Shown piece by piece: positions 8,327-18,000 of a stretch of 64,000 nt of DNA. Each line of letters opens with the position of its first letter. Within the stretch, counting starts at the first letter, position 1. The stretch is from a virus. Both the position numbers and the translations under genes were made by a program. Below the pieces are notes generated by a model. That model was given only the letters and a program-made list of their open reading frames with translations. It was not told where the DNA came from and searched no databases. The stretch lies in the IMG/VR virus record IMGVR_UViG_3300009285_003221. One strand, given 5' to 3'.

Positions 8327-8533
8327 TTAGTTAACCAAGCCTCGGCTGGAGTATCCATCTGACATACCCCCAAAATATTTAAGAACTCCTACTGTTCGTT
8401 CTTCCGCCGCAGATACTGTAAACCAGAAATCCGGCGGGCCGATAAAGAACGGGTAGTCGGTATCCGGCGCAATGCTCCCCGTCATCGGCGGAGGGCCAAC
8501 GAAATATGGATTGTCGGTATCGGGAGCAGGCAT
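8327..8533 (-). CDS. hypothetical small protein (68 aa) with internal duplication
   Basis: APDTDNPYFVGPP and APDTDYPFFIGPP are repeated. Abuts the upstream ORF stop. Confidence 0.5.
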   Translation of the reverse strand: MPAPDTDNPYFVGPPPMTGSIAPDTDYPFFIGPPDFWFTVSAAEERTVGVLKYFGGMSDGYSSRGLVN

Positions 8534-8797
8534 TTATCCCAAAGCCTCTTGAGCCTGCCAAAGTGCCTCGTACTGAGCGATCCGCTTATCCGCCTCAGCG
8601 TTCCAGCAGGCGTCAACCTCAGCTTGTATTTCAGCCACAGTCTTGGTTTCCGGATTCTGAACTGTGACGACACACTGATGCCCATAAAACACCTGAGCAC
8701 CAGACTTATTCACTCTCGTATCATCCCGCAAAACATATTGCACAATGATTGAGCTGAAATCAGATATCTCCTGTGATTGTTTCTCTTTGGTAAACAT
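8534..8797 (-). CDS. hypothetical protein (87 aa)
   Basis: Contiguous with the flanking minus-strand genes, with no gaps. Confidence 0.55.
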   Translation of the reverse strand: MFTKEKQSQEISDFSSIIVQYVLRDDTRVNKSGAQVFYGHQCVVTVQNPETKTVAEIQAEVDACWNAEADKRIAQYEALWQAQEALG

Positions 8798-10357
8798 TTA
8801 AGCAACGCTCCAATCTGCAAAATAGGCAATAGCGCCAGCGGCGTTATAGAAACACATAAAATCCAACTCCGCTACACCGGCAGCAGCAGGGGTAAACTGT
8901 GCCGTAACAGCGCTCCATGTATCCGTCGTATCCGCCATGGTCGTCTCGACGTAGGCGTCCGCCACAGTGTCCTGATCGTAGTACACCCGGATCTTTGGCC
9001 GGTTATTCGAACCGTAGGAGGTGTTTTTGCGGCAGTAGACCGTGACCGTGTATTGGGTAGAGGCGTTGACCGCGAATTTGATGCGCTGGAGCGGGCTGAG
9101 AGAGTTGAAAATATTAGTCTGCGCAGCTAATAAGGTGAAAGCGACAGAGGGTTTCCCCGCCGTTCTCTCTATGCTGCTGTTTAACCTAATTCTGGCAGTC
9201 TCCTTTGAAATTGCATTGCAAGATATAAAGCTATCTGATTGATAATTCTGGTAAGATATGTGACTGTAATCTCGCCCGTATGTTGCGTCTACAATATTTT
9301 TAACTGGGAGATTTGCTGTTACATCGACTCCGCCAAAAGTTTTGAAACTGCAATTAAATAAATGAATAACGCCGCCCCTGTTATGAAATCCATAGTAAAA
9401 TGGCCCGGCGCCGCCAGGCGCTTTGAAATCACAGTTATAAAGTCCGGCTCGTATAACGATAAGGTTCGCGGTTGGCCCGGAGCGGGAAGCAATTAAGCAG
9501 TTGCTAAGCACGGCATATCTCGAAAACAAAGAGTTATTGCCAGTGGTGGTATTGTATAGAAGAGCGGAATTAACTATTTTCATTTTTCTTGATGAAAATC
9601 CTAGATTCGGCGCTGATAAAAGGCAGGTAGTGAATGTAACCTCTGCTTCGGCAGTGGCCGCTGAAGAAGTTTGAAAAGTTATTGGAGAAGATCCGGCAGA
9701 TATGTGAAATGCATAAAAATTAGTAAAAGTACTGTCTTTGTCTAGTCGCCACGACATTGAGCTTCCACTTTTTATAATCCCGATCTGGCTTATTGTAAAA
9801 GCCGAGTTGTTGTTGGTAGATGCGCCTATCGCATCCGATCCGCTGCTGTTGTAAATAAAACTGATACTGGAGTCTTGTGTTGGTCCAGACAAGTCCCAAC
9901 CACCAGATATTGTAATATTTCTACTCGCAGTCTGGAGATTGTACATTGTTGTAGCACCCAGTGTGTGGGGCGTTGTCCTTGTAACTGTTTTGTTTGTTCC
10001 TGTGCTGCCTAGGTACGACTCCGCTATAGTTAGCGTTGAGACCGTTCTGGCGGTGATGATGTAATACTGCTTCGGCCTATTAGTTCCCCAAGATTCCTCT
10101 CCGGTGATTTCAATTAAATCCCCGACTGCGAACTGCACCGAAAGATCATCTGCGTTTCCTGCATTGCGGTTGACTGTAGCCGAATTATTGGTAAAATCCA
10201 ACCCTGCCGAATACGTAGTCGGTGCCGGACTCTTGGCGATGCGGAACTCGTCACCATCGGCATAGGAGTGACCATTGAGAGTTTTCCAGGGATCTCCAGA
10301 TGTTCCCGCTCCAGCATCCGAGCCACTAGTCGGGTCAACGTAGTAAATTGCACACAT
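8798..10357 (-). CDS. right-handed beta-helix (pectate-lyase-fold-like) tailspike/depolymerase candidate with C-terminal jelly-roll-like domain
   Basis: 519 aa. N-terminus YYVDPTSGSDAGAGTSGDPWKTL is typical of beta-helix proteins. Long Ser/Asn/Thr-rich middle. C-terminus YTVTVYCRKN...AELDFMCFYNAAG. Confidence 0.6.
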   Translation of the reverse strand: MCAIYYVDPTSGSDAGAGTSGDPWKTLNGHSYADGDEFRIAKSPAPTTYSAGLDFTNNSATVNRNAGNADDLSVQFAVGDLIEITGEESWGTNRPKQYYIITARTVSTLTIAESYLGSTGTNKTVTRTTPHTLGATTMYNLQTASRNITISGGWDLSGPTQDSSISFIYNSSGSDAIGASTNNNSAFTISQIGIIKSGSSMSWRLDKDSTFTNFYAFHISAGSSPITFQTSSAATAEAEVTFTTCLLSAPNLGFSSRKMKIVNSALLYNTTTGNNSLFSRYAVLSNCLIASRSGPTANLIVIRAGLYNCDFKAPGGAGPFYYGFHNRGGVIHLFNCSFKTFGGVDVTANLPVKNIVDATYGRDYSHISYQNYQSDSFISCNAISKETARIRLNSSIERTAGKPSVAFTLLAAQTNIFNSLSPLQRIKFAVNASTQYTVTVYCRKNTSYGSNNRPKIRVYYDQDTVADAYVETTMADTTDTWSAVTAQFTPAAAGVAELDFMCFYNAAGAIAYFADWSVA

Positions 10358-10388
10358 TTAGAAATGCCTAAATAGTTTAATTGTCATT

Positions 10389-11624
10389 TTAGGTCCCCTC
10401 TAAAACAAGCATTGTTTTATTTCCGGCTCCGCCATGAATACAGTTCACTGTGCTAGAAATAAGATTTCCAATTTCCCGGCTCATTTCGTAATTGCCCCCA
10501 CTGGCGTTGAGCCTGATTCCTTGATTAGCGGTTGCAGAAGTAGCTATTGCTAGATAGACGACTGTATCAGAATCGTTAATAAAAAGTCTGTATTTCGCAC
10601 TGCCATTATTAGCAAGGGCCTGTGTTGAAACTGTAGAAACTGAGACTGTCGTATGAGCTGCTGTTGTATAGTTTCCTGTATTATTGGTAACGAGATTTAC
10701 ACTGACACTAGCAGCAGGAAAAGTAATCGTAGGGCTATTATTAACCGTGACAGTCGCAGAAGTGGCGGGAAATCCAGCAATAGTTACGGAACTATTAACT
10801 GTGACAGTCGCCGAGGTAGCTGGGAAGCTTCCGACTGTTACGGAATTGTTAAGAGTTACCGTGGCTGAAGTAGCCGGAAAAGAGGTTATCTGAACACTGG
10901 CGGAGGCTTCTGGGAAAGTAATTGTTGGAGAGTTGTTAACCGTTACTGTCGCTGAAGTAGCAGGGAAAGAGGTTATCTGAACAGAGCCAGAAGCTTCTGG
11001 AAAAGTAATCGTAGGACTGTTATTTACTGTAACTGTTGCTGAAGTAGCGGGGAAAGACCCGATCGTTACAGAGTTATTAACTATTACGGTGGCGCTAGTG
11101 GAAGGATATGCGACAGTAACTGAATTATTAACCGTGACAGTGGCTGAGGTTGCCGGAAAACCAGTTATCTGAACAGAGCCGGAGGCTTCTGGAAAAGTAA
11201 TCGTTGGGCTGTTGTTAACGGTAACCGTCGCAGAGGTAGCAGGGAAAGCGCCAATCGTGACACTATTATTTACTGTAACGGTGGCAGAAGTGCTGGGAAA
11301 ACTTGTTACCTGAACTGACGCACTCGCTGCCGGATAGGATTCGATATCGGTCTGAACCGTCCCGCCGGAGTCCGTCTTGATAATTCTTCTGGTTGTCCCC
11401 CCGTCATCCGATCCGTAAACAGCTACTTCGTCGTTGGTCGAATCTAGGTTGACCTCGACGGCAGTAGCGGGCATGGCCGTGACAATCACTTGGGCCTGAC
11501 CGTAATCATCCCCGGTTGTGGTCGTCCCTGCCGAGGTCATCAATTGAGTGACCCGTTTTCCAGCCGAAGTAATCCCTCCAAGAAGGGATTGAACGCGGGA
11601 TTTTTTACCTATTGTATCGGCCAA
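10389..11624 (-). CDS. Ser/Thr-rich tandem-repeat structural protein (putative fibre/appendage), paralogue A
   Basis: 411 aa, TTG start after GAGGAA. 14 FP-x-x-S-x-x-V units. N-terminus MADTIGKKS...GGITSAGKRVTQLMT and the C-terminal ~95 aa are homologous to 7030..8262. Confidence 0.7.
   Translation of the reverse strand: MADTIGKKSRVQSLLGGITSAGKRVTQLMTSAGTTTTGDDYGQAQVIVTAMPATAVEVNLDSTNDEVAVYGSDDGGTTRRIIKTDSGGTVQTDIESYPAASASVQVTSFPSTSATVTVNNSVTIGAFPATSATVTVNNSPTITFPEASGSVQITGFPATSATVTVNNSVTVAYPSTSATVIVNNSVTIGSFPATSATVTVNNSPTITFPEASGSVQITSFPATSATVTVNNSPTITFPEASASVQITSFPATSATVTLNNSVTVGSFPATSATVTVNSSVTIAGFPATSATVTVNNSPTITFPAASVSVNLVTNNTGNYTTAAHTTVSVSTVSTQALANNGSAKYRLFINDSDTVVYLAIATSATANQGIRLNASGGNYEMSREIGNLISSTVNCIHGGAGNKTMLVLEGT
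10686..11336 (-). repeat. in-frame coding tandem repeats (FPATSATVTVNNS(V/P)TI.. / FPEASGSVQITS)
   Basis: aa 97-313 of the 411-aa ORF, counted from the translation. Confidence 0.85.
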
Positions 11625-11667
11625 TTTAGGGGTTCCTCTAGTATTATTTTAGCTTTTTGAGGGGCAA

Positions 11668-12024
11668 CTAACGACTCTTATAGGGGTAGACAAGTATCTG
11701 GATGATGACATGCTCATCGCCTTTTGCCTTATCTTTTACTTTGTTTACTTTGAGTTGGTAGACAAAATTATCAGAAGAAATAATCGATTTTTGATAACTC
11801 TCACCACCAAGTACTAATATATCCGAGTCTTGAGTCTGTATTCTTACTGCCCCCTCGCTCATCCCAGTTATTCCTGTGTCAATGTTGATGACGCCTACTC
11901 CGTCGTTTACTTCCTCTACCTGTTCGGAGACGGTCTTTAGGAGGCCCTTCTCGATAACTTGGATGTGATAGTAGGCGCTAGATTGGAGGAGTAATAGAAG
12001 GGGGAGGATTAAAAGTTTTCTCAT
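11668..12024 (-). CDS. small secreted protein (signal peptide)
   Basis: 118 aa. N-terminus MRKLLILPLLLLLQSSAYY. The ATG overlaps the stop of the giant gene (ATGA overlap). Confidence 0.6.
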   Translation of the reverse strand: MRKLLILPLLLLLQSSAYYHIQVIEKGLLKTVSEQVEEVNDGVGVINIDTGITGMSEGAVRIQTQDSDILVLGGESYQKSIISSDNFVYQLKVNKVKDKAKGDEHVIIQILVYPYKSR

Positions 12025-15000
12025 CTTATGTTTTCTCCTGGAGTATGAATGGTAACCCCAAAAATATTATTTATGGCCTCTTGGAATCTGGTCAGAACGT
12101 CTCGCTTATCCCCCCTGCTATACAAGACCCAGTAAGGAGGAGCCCACTGGCTCCAAGTCCAGTTAAAATATTTCCCGGCCTGTTCTAGTGTTGTGTCCTT
12201 CTCTTTATCCACGATCTTGGCCGAACCGATCCCGTATTTGGAGTTGAAGTAAAGCTGCAAAACCTGACTATACGGGCCATAAGCTTCCAACCACTTGGGA
12301 AATAGCGGAATGGCGGTATACTTGTTGGGGGTTAATAGAGTGCCAAAGGTCGAATACTTGCCAATATCGGCGTAGAGGGGCTCCCCCTGCTTTCCCTTTA
12401 ACAGGGGAATTTTTAATAGTTTCCTGGGGAAAAGCATCTCAAGCCCGCCCAATTTCTGGTTTCCAATCAAGATTCTTCCCTGGGATGCCTCTTTGAAGAA
12501 TGGATCAAGTTGTTCCTGATTGTCTGGGTCAGTCATGGCCTGAGCAAAAGAGAATCCGCCCAACAACAGCATGGCCGGGATGGGCCGCTCTTTCAGAAGC
12601 CGCATCATTTGCGGAACGATGCCCGCGAAGAACCCCCAGAAGGGAATAACTTTTATGTTCTTGAAGACATAACTCAGAGTGGAGTTCTGATCCTGATAAT
12701 CAACGTAGGACTTCCTCGCCTCTTCTGCGGCTGTAAAAGCGATCTCCTCAGCAATTTTGGGGTTGGTTTTCCAGGCGGGGTTGGCCTTCTCCAGCTTTTC
12801 TTTCATGTCCAGGTAATGCGCCAGACGGAAGATAACATCGGAGCCTTGATAGAAATCGGAAGAAACTTGTGTGAGGGTTCTCCAAAATTGCATGGGGGTC
12901 TCCAAGACCCTCCCCTGCTGGGCGACGTGAACAAGTTTATCCCACATCTTTTTCCAGTTTTCTAGTTCTTGTCCGGATAATTTATTCTTGTGACCGTGCG
13001 CTATTTGCCAATTTACGGCGTCGGTGTGAGAGATATTCGGATCTCCCGCCGCCTCTGCTAAAGAAGTTTTATCTTTTATGGCTTTGTAGTAGATCTCGCC
13101 CGCTCTTTTTAACTTATAAGGATTTACGCCATTCGCCATCATGAGAACCGTGTTGGAGATGATGTTGGTCATTCCCGTTCCGGTACTGTGAATGGTATGA
13201 AGAGACTTCCAGAAATCAGTTGCTTTGTTGGCGGGGTCGAGCAGCATCTTGACGCTCCCGGCGTCGAAGATATTCAGATAGCGGTAGGTGTCCCAATCCG
13301 TCCACAGGCCCCGGAGATCCCCAAATCGGGGCTCGTCCGGGATTTTCATCTTCATAGATTCAGTCTTGCGCGGGCTGGTGTTGAGAGCTTTGATCATTCC
13401 ATAGACCTTGCCCTTTTGCACCGCAACGGCGGTTTCACGCGCGAGAGCCATAATTGTGATGGTCTGGTTCCGGTACTTTTCCAGCTCAGCTAATTCACTG
13501 GGATCGAGAAGACGTTGGATCTCCATCTCTCCCCCTACTGATTTGGCTTTCCAAGGTTTTCCAGAGGGGCGAACCCAATTGTAATAGTCCATCCCCCGGA
13601 CGTTCATATCCTCGCCCCTGTCATTTTTCAGGGTGTAGAAATCCGTCGCCTCGTCATAGGAGACCACCTCCCAATTTTGCCTCATCTTCCCCCAGATACT
13701 TTTAGAGACAGTTAACTTTAGTCCCTCTTCTTTGAAGGAGGAGAAGCTTTTATCAATTTGAGTAATCATATCTTGAATACGAGGGTCATCTTTAACGTGG
13801 ACTAAAGCCTCACCAATCAACTCCTTGAAGGAGACTTCAGAAGGATCAAGTATTTCCCCGGCGGCGTTTTTGAAAACAGAATGTTTGATTCTAGAAAGTT
13901 CAACAAGAACCGGATGAAGCTGGGTTTTCAAGGAGTTGACAAGCTTGTTTAATTCTGGTTTTCCGGTTCCTGCATATATTTCTGTCAGCATCTGACCGGC
14001 CTTGATCTGATCCAGTTGATCATACTGCTCGATTTGACTGGCGAGGGTGTTGATCTTATCGATATTGAATTTGGACTCCCGCATCAGTTTCTGTACCGCC
14101 TTAAGGAACATGGGGAGCCTGGCCATGTTATTGTAGATCAGCCGTTTCAATCCATTGATAATTCGAGTCGGTAAACGATCAGGAGCGAGTGCGATCCTGT
14201 TTCCGTAGGTTTTCAGATACCTCTGTAAAACCCCCAGAGTATTTTCAACGATCTTTCGTTTTGCGACAGAGAGATCGGCAATAGCCTTCTCCTCCTTTAA
14301 GGCTTCCCAGGGAGTCTTGTCTTCTAGTGCTTTATGGACTAGCTCATTGACTGTTTGAGGAAGTTTGTTTTTTAGCTCCAGCGCCGCATCCAGCGCGACC
14401 CTCATAGTAGAGAAATCACCGTTCGCCAGATTGAGATCATGACGGATCTTGGCCCGCGCTTCTCCGATCACCTTATCGTAGAAATTGTCTACCCGATCAG
14501 TAATGACACGAGTTGCTTCGTTACCAATTAGTTCTTTTCCTAGATATTTTCTAGTTCCTTCTAGTAATTTCAGAGACTTGTCGAACTTGTTCTGTTTGAG
14601 ATAAGGGATTACAGTCTGCACCATCAGGTTGGTTGGGTTCTTGAAGAGCCATCCTTCGGGACGATTAAGGGGAATCTCCTGATGGGCCTCGGTTAACATG
14701 GTGTAATATTCTTGGCTTTCGATCGCCCTTTGTAGGTCGTCCCGATCTCGTTTTTGCTGGCTTTTGAGTTCACTCAGTTCCTTATTGAACTTCTTCTGTG
14801 TCTTAACGTCTTCTGCTGAGGCCGGTTTCTTTTCTTTTATAGCTTTGAGCTTGTCGGACAGTTCCTGGATCTGCTGTTCTCCGTCCTTTACCTTTGCCGT
14901 TTGGTCTTCTACGTATTTTTGATAGCTTTTGAGCTTGGCGTCTTCTGTTTCCTTGGCCTTAGACTCCTGCCGAAGAATTGTTGGCCCCTTATATGTCTCA

Positions 15001-18000
15001 GCATTTTTAATTTGATTGGCCAGGTCGGTCATCTCGACCTTAAGAGGATCGTTATTAGGGAGCTTATTCTTAGCATTGATCAGCGCCCGGAAGGCCAGGG
15101 AGCGCCCGTAGTCATTCAAATCCTGGGCGGTATAGTTGTCGCTTCTGCCCCCAATAATCTTCTCAATATTAGCCTGTCGCCGCAGACTCCGAACATACTG
15201 AGCTTTGACTTGACCAATCAAAAGGCTATCAAAGACCTGACGGATATTATCATTTAGCTCAATGTCAATCTCTGAGCCAACTAGTCCCTTATAAATTTCA
15301 GTCAGCCAGACTTTGAATTTTTCAAATACTTTTTTCAGAGTTGGGAGCGGAGCTTGGCCGTCCGCCAGGTAGCGTTCAAATCCTCTAGCAAATTTTTCTT
15401 CTGCTTTTACAGTCCAGACCCCATCCTTGACTCCTGCCCACTGCTCTGCAATCTTTAGTTCTTTGCCGGATAATTGGCGGCGGTAGACGTGAGCCAACTC
15501 GTGAACGAGGGTGGAGACATCAGCAGATTGGAAGGCCGTAATAATGGCCCGCCCGTCCTGGAGAAATTCAACCTGACCCTTGACTGCCCCCTCTTTTTGG
15601 TAAAGAAGGCCAGATTTTTTCAGAATATAGAGATCGGTCAGATGTTTATCTAACCCCTCAAGGACAGTTTCGTTACGTTTGTACTTGGCAAGCATCTCCG
15701 AGACTTGAAGATCCATCTCAGGGTCTGTAAAGAGTTTTTTCCACAGCCTATGTGCCTCGTTGTGTTTCTCGGTGGTTAGAGGATAGGAGGTTTCAAAATC
15801 TAGCAGACGATTTTGTTCCTCCTCAGTTAGTCTCTCAAATTTTGTGTATTTTTTGAGTAGTTCTTTAACGGAGCCGTGCATTTTGAGGTCGGCGGCGAGA
15901 CCTTTATTTCTTTGGGTCAGTCCGTCGATCTTCATTTTGGTTACTTCAATGGCGTCGTCTAGCTTTTCCGGCTTTCCGCTCCACTCGTGGAAAAGCTGCT
16001 TCAAGGCTTCTTCTTTGGGCAACCCTCCGCGCCTGAAGGAGCGGAGACTCTCCCGATACCAGTCATCCCGTGTCTTTCCATGAACAGCCGCCCAGGCATC
16101 TGCTGCTAGATCGGCGATCTTCATGACCGCATCCAACTCTCCGCCCGGCTTAAACTTTATTCCTAGTTTGGACAGCCAGGATTTCCAGAAGGGGAGTTTT
16201 TTGGACTCTTCCTTAAGTCCAAAAGCCTGTTTTATGGCCTCCCGGAAGGAGCTTCTGTCTGAAACCTGGAACTCTTGCTCAGGAAGAGCACGTTCTGAAC
16301 CTTTACCAGTTTGAGAAAGGGCCTGCCCCTTAACTTCTTGGAGCTTTTCTAACCAGAGTTTAGCAATTGGATCGCCTTGTGCGGCTTTCTTTTTAAGGGC
16401 CTCTTCTGATAAGGCTGCGTATGGATCGGACGATACCTCAGATGGCCTCTCTTGAGCTTTGGTGACAGGAGGTTTAGTTGGTTTTTCAGGTTTTTTGCTG
16501 ACTTTTGGGGCGGGAGGCTTCTTTTCTTCAGGCTTGGGGGCGGGATCTGGTTTCTTTTTCTGGCTGTTCAACTTATCCTGCCAGAGTTTTAATGCACGGA
16601 TGGCTGTCGTAACTAAAGATTTGCTGCGGATCTTCTGATTGGCTGCTTGAGGTGATGTTACCTTAGTATACCCGGAGGCAATCTGATTAAGCTCTACCAT
16701 AAGGGCCCCGCCCTCTGCTTTCTCCGCTTCTGTCAGATCGCCCGGCTTATCGACGAGCTTAACAATCTTCTTGTAGGCGTTGGCAGATAACTTCAGCGCG
16801 AGTTTCTCTACGTCAACTTCTGGGCTGTCGAATTTGGCAACGAAGGGATTCTCTTCCGGAGGACGAGGCTCTTTTTTAATTTCTGGTTTTTTCTCAGTTG
16901 GGGGAGCGGCGGCTTTTTTGTTTTTCTCGGCAGGCATGGAGGGGAGCTGTTTCTTGCTGGCCGGTACCACTTCCGTAGGTTTCTGATCTTCCTTTTCTAT
17001 GAGGTTGTATTTTTCTAATAGTTCTTGGCGCTTTAAGTCCATCAGCTCATTCTTAAGCGCATTCGTGTCAACTCTTTTACCGTCCTTGGTTAGAGGTAGT
17101 TCTTCTTTCTTCTTTCCGGTTTGTTGAAGGTAAGTCTTAATTCTATCTTCAGCCGTCATGTACTGTAGTTTGGCTAGGGCAGGGTGGAGAGGGTCTTTCC
17201 CTTGTTCTCCCGAAGTTGTTGTTAAAATCTCTCTTTGGGCTTCTTTGGGCAGCCGTCGGAAAGAGGTCTCCATTGACCTCTCGAAAATTTCCCGGCTTTT
17301 TTGTTCTTTCGGGCCAAGGCCCGCTTCATCGCGCTTGATCCGTCCCAGACTACGATTTACTTCAGCCAGGGCTGAATAGGTTTCTCTGTTGGGATTTTTC
17401 CGAAAAGCGACCAAGCCCTGATGGTATTGTTTGATAAGGGAATTTAGTCTTTGTTCAGGGCTTACAAATGGCGCGGGCTCTGGCTGTTGACTAATCTCTG
17501 GAGGGACAACGGGTTTTTCAGCGGGGGGAGTTTGGTCAACCAAACGGATTGATTCAGCAGCTTTATCTTGCTCACCAGGCAAGTTAATCTTGCGGTATTG
17601 AGGAAGAAGGGGTTTTCCTTCAACATCTGCCTGTTCTCCAAGCTTTCGGAACCACTGTTTTTTCTCTTCCGGTAGCCCTGCCCACTGATCGGACAAATGA
17701 TCAAGGAGTTCTTGGTTGCCCCCCTTTTTTCCGCCAGAGCCAGGAATAGATTCTCGAACTCCTTTGTTAACCAGTCCTCTGGTGGATTGTTCATTGTTGA
17801 CCTGTTCCAGTGTTTTGGCCGTCTTCAGCTTATCAGCGGCCCTCTGTAATGGGCGATCAACAAATTCTCCGAAAGCAAAATGACCAAAACCTAATCGGTC
17901 TGTCTCTGGGATGCGTGTAGAATCTAAAGTAAATACGTCCCCGCCCGTGCTGCTCTTTCCTTTTCCAGTTTGTATCAGGGAGTGTAGAAAGTCGGTTCGA

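Noticed and set aside
7318-11336. Possible CRISPR-like arrays because of regular short repeats
   Set aside because: The repeat units are contiguous with no unique spacers. They are in frame within long ORFs, degenerate at the DNA level, and no cas genes are present. They are coding tandem repeats.
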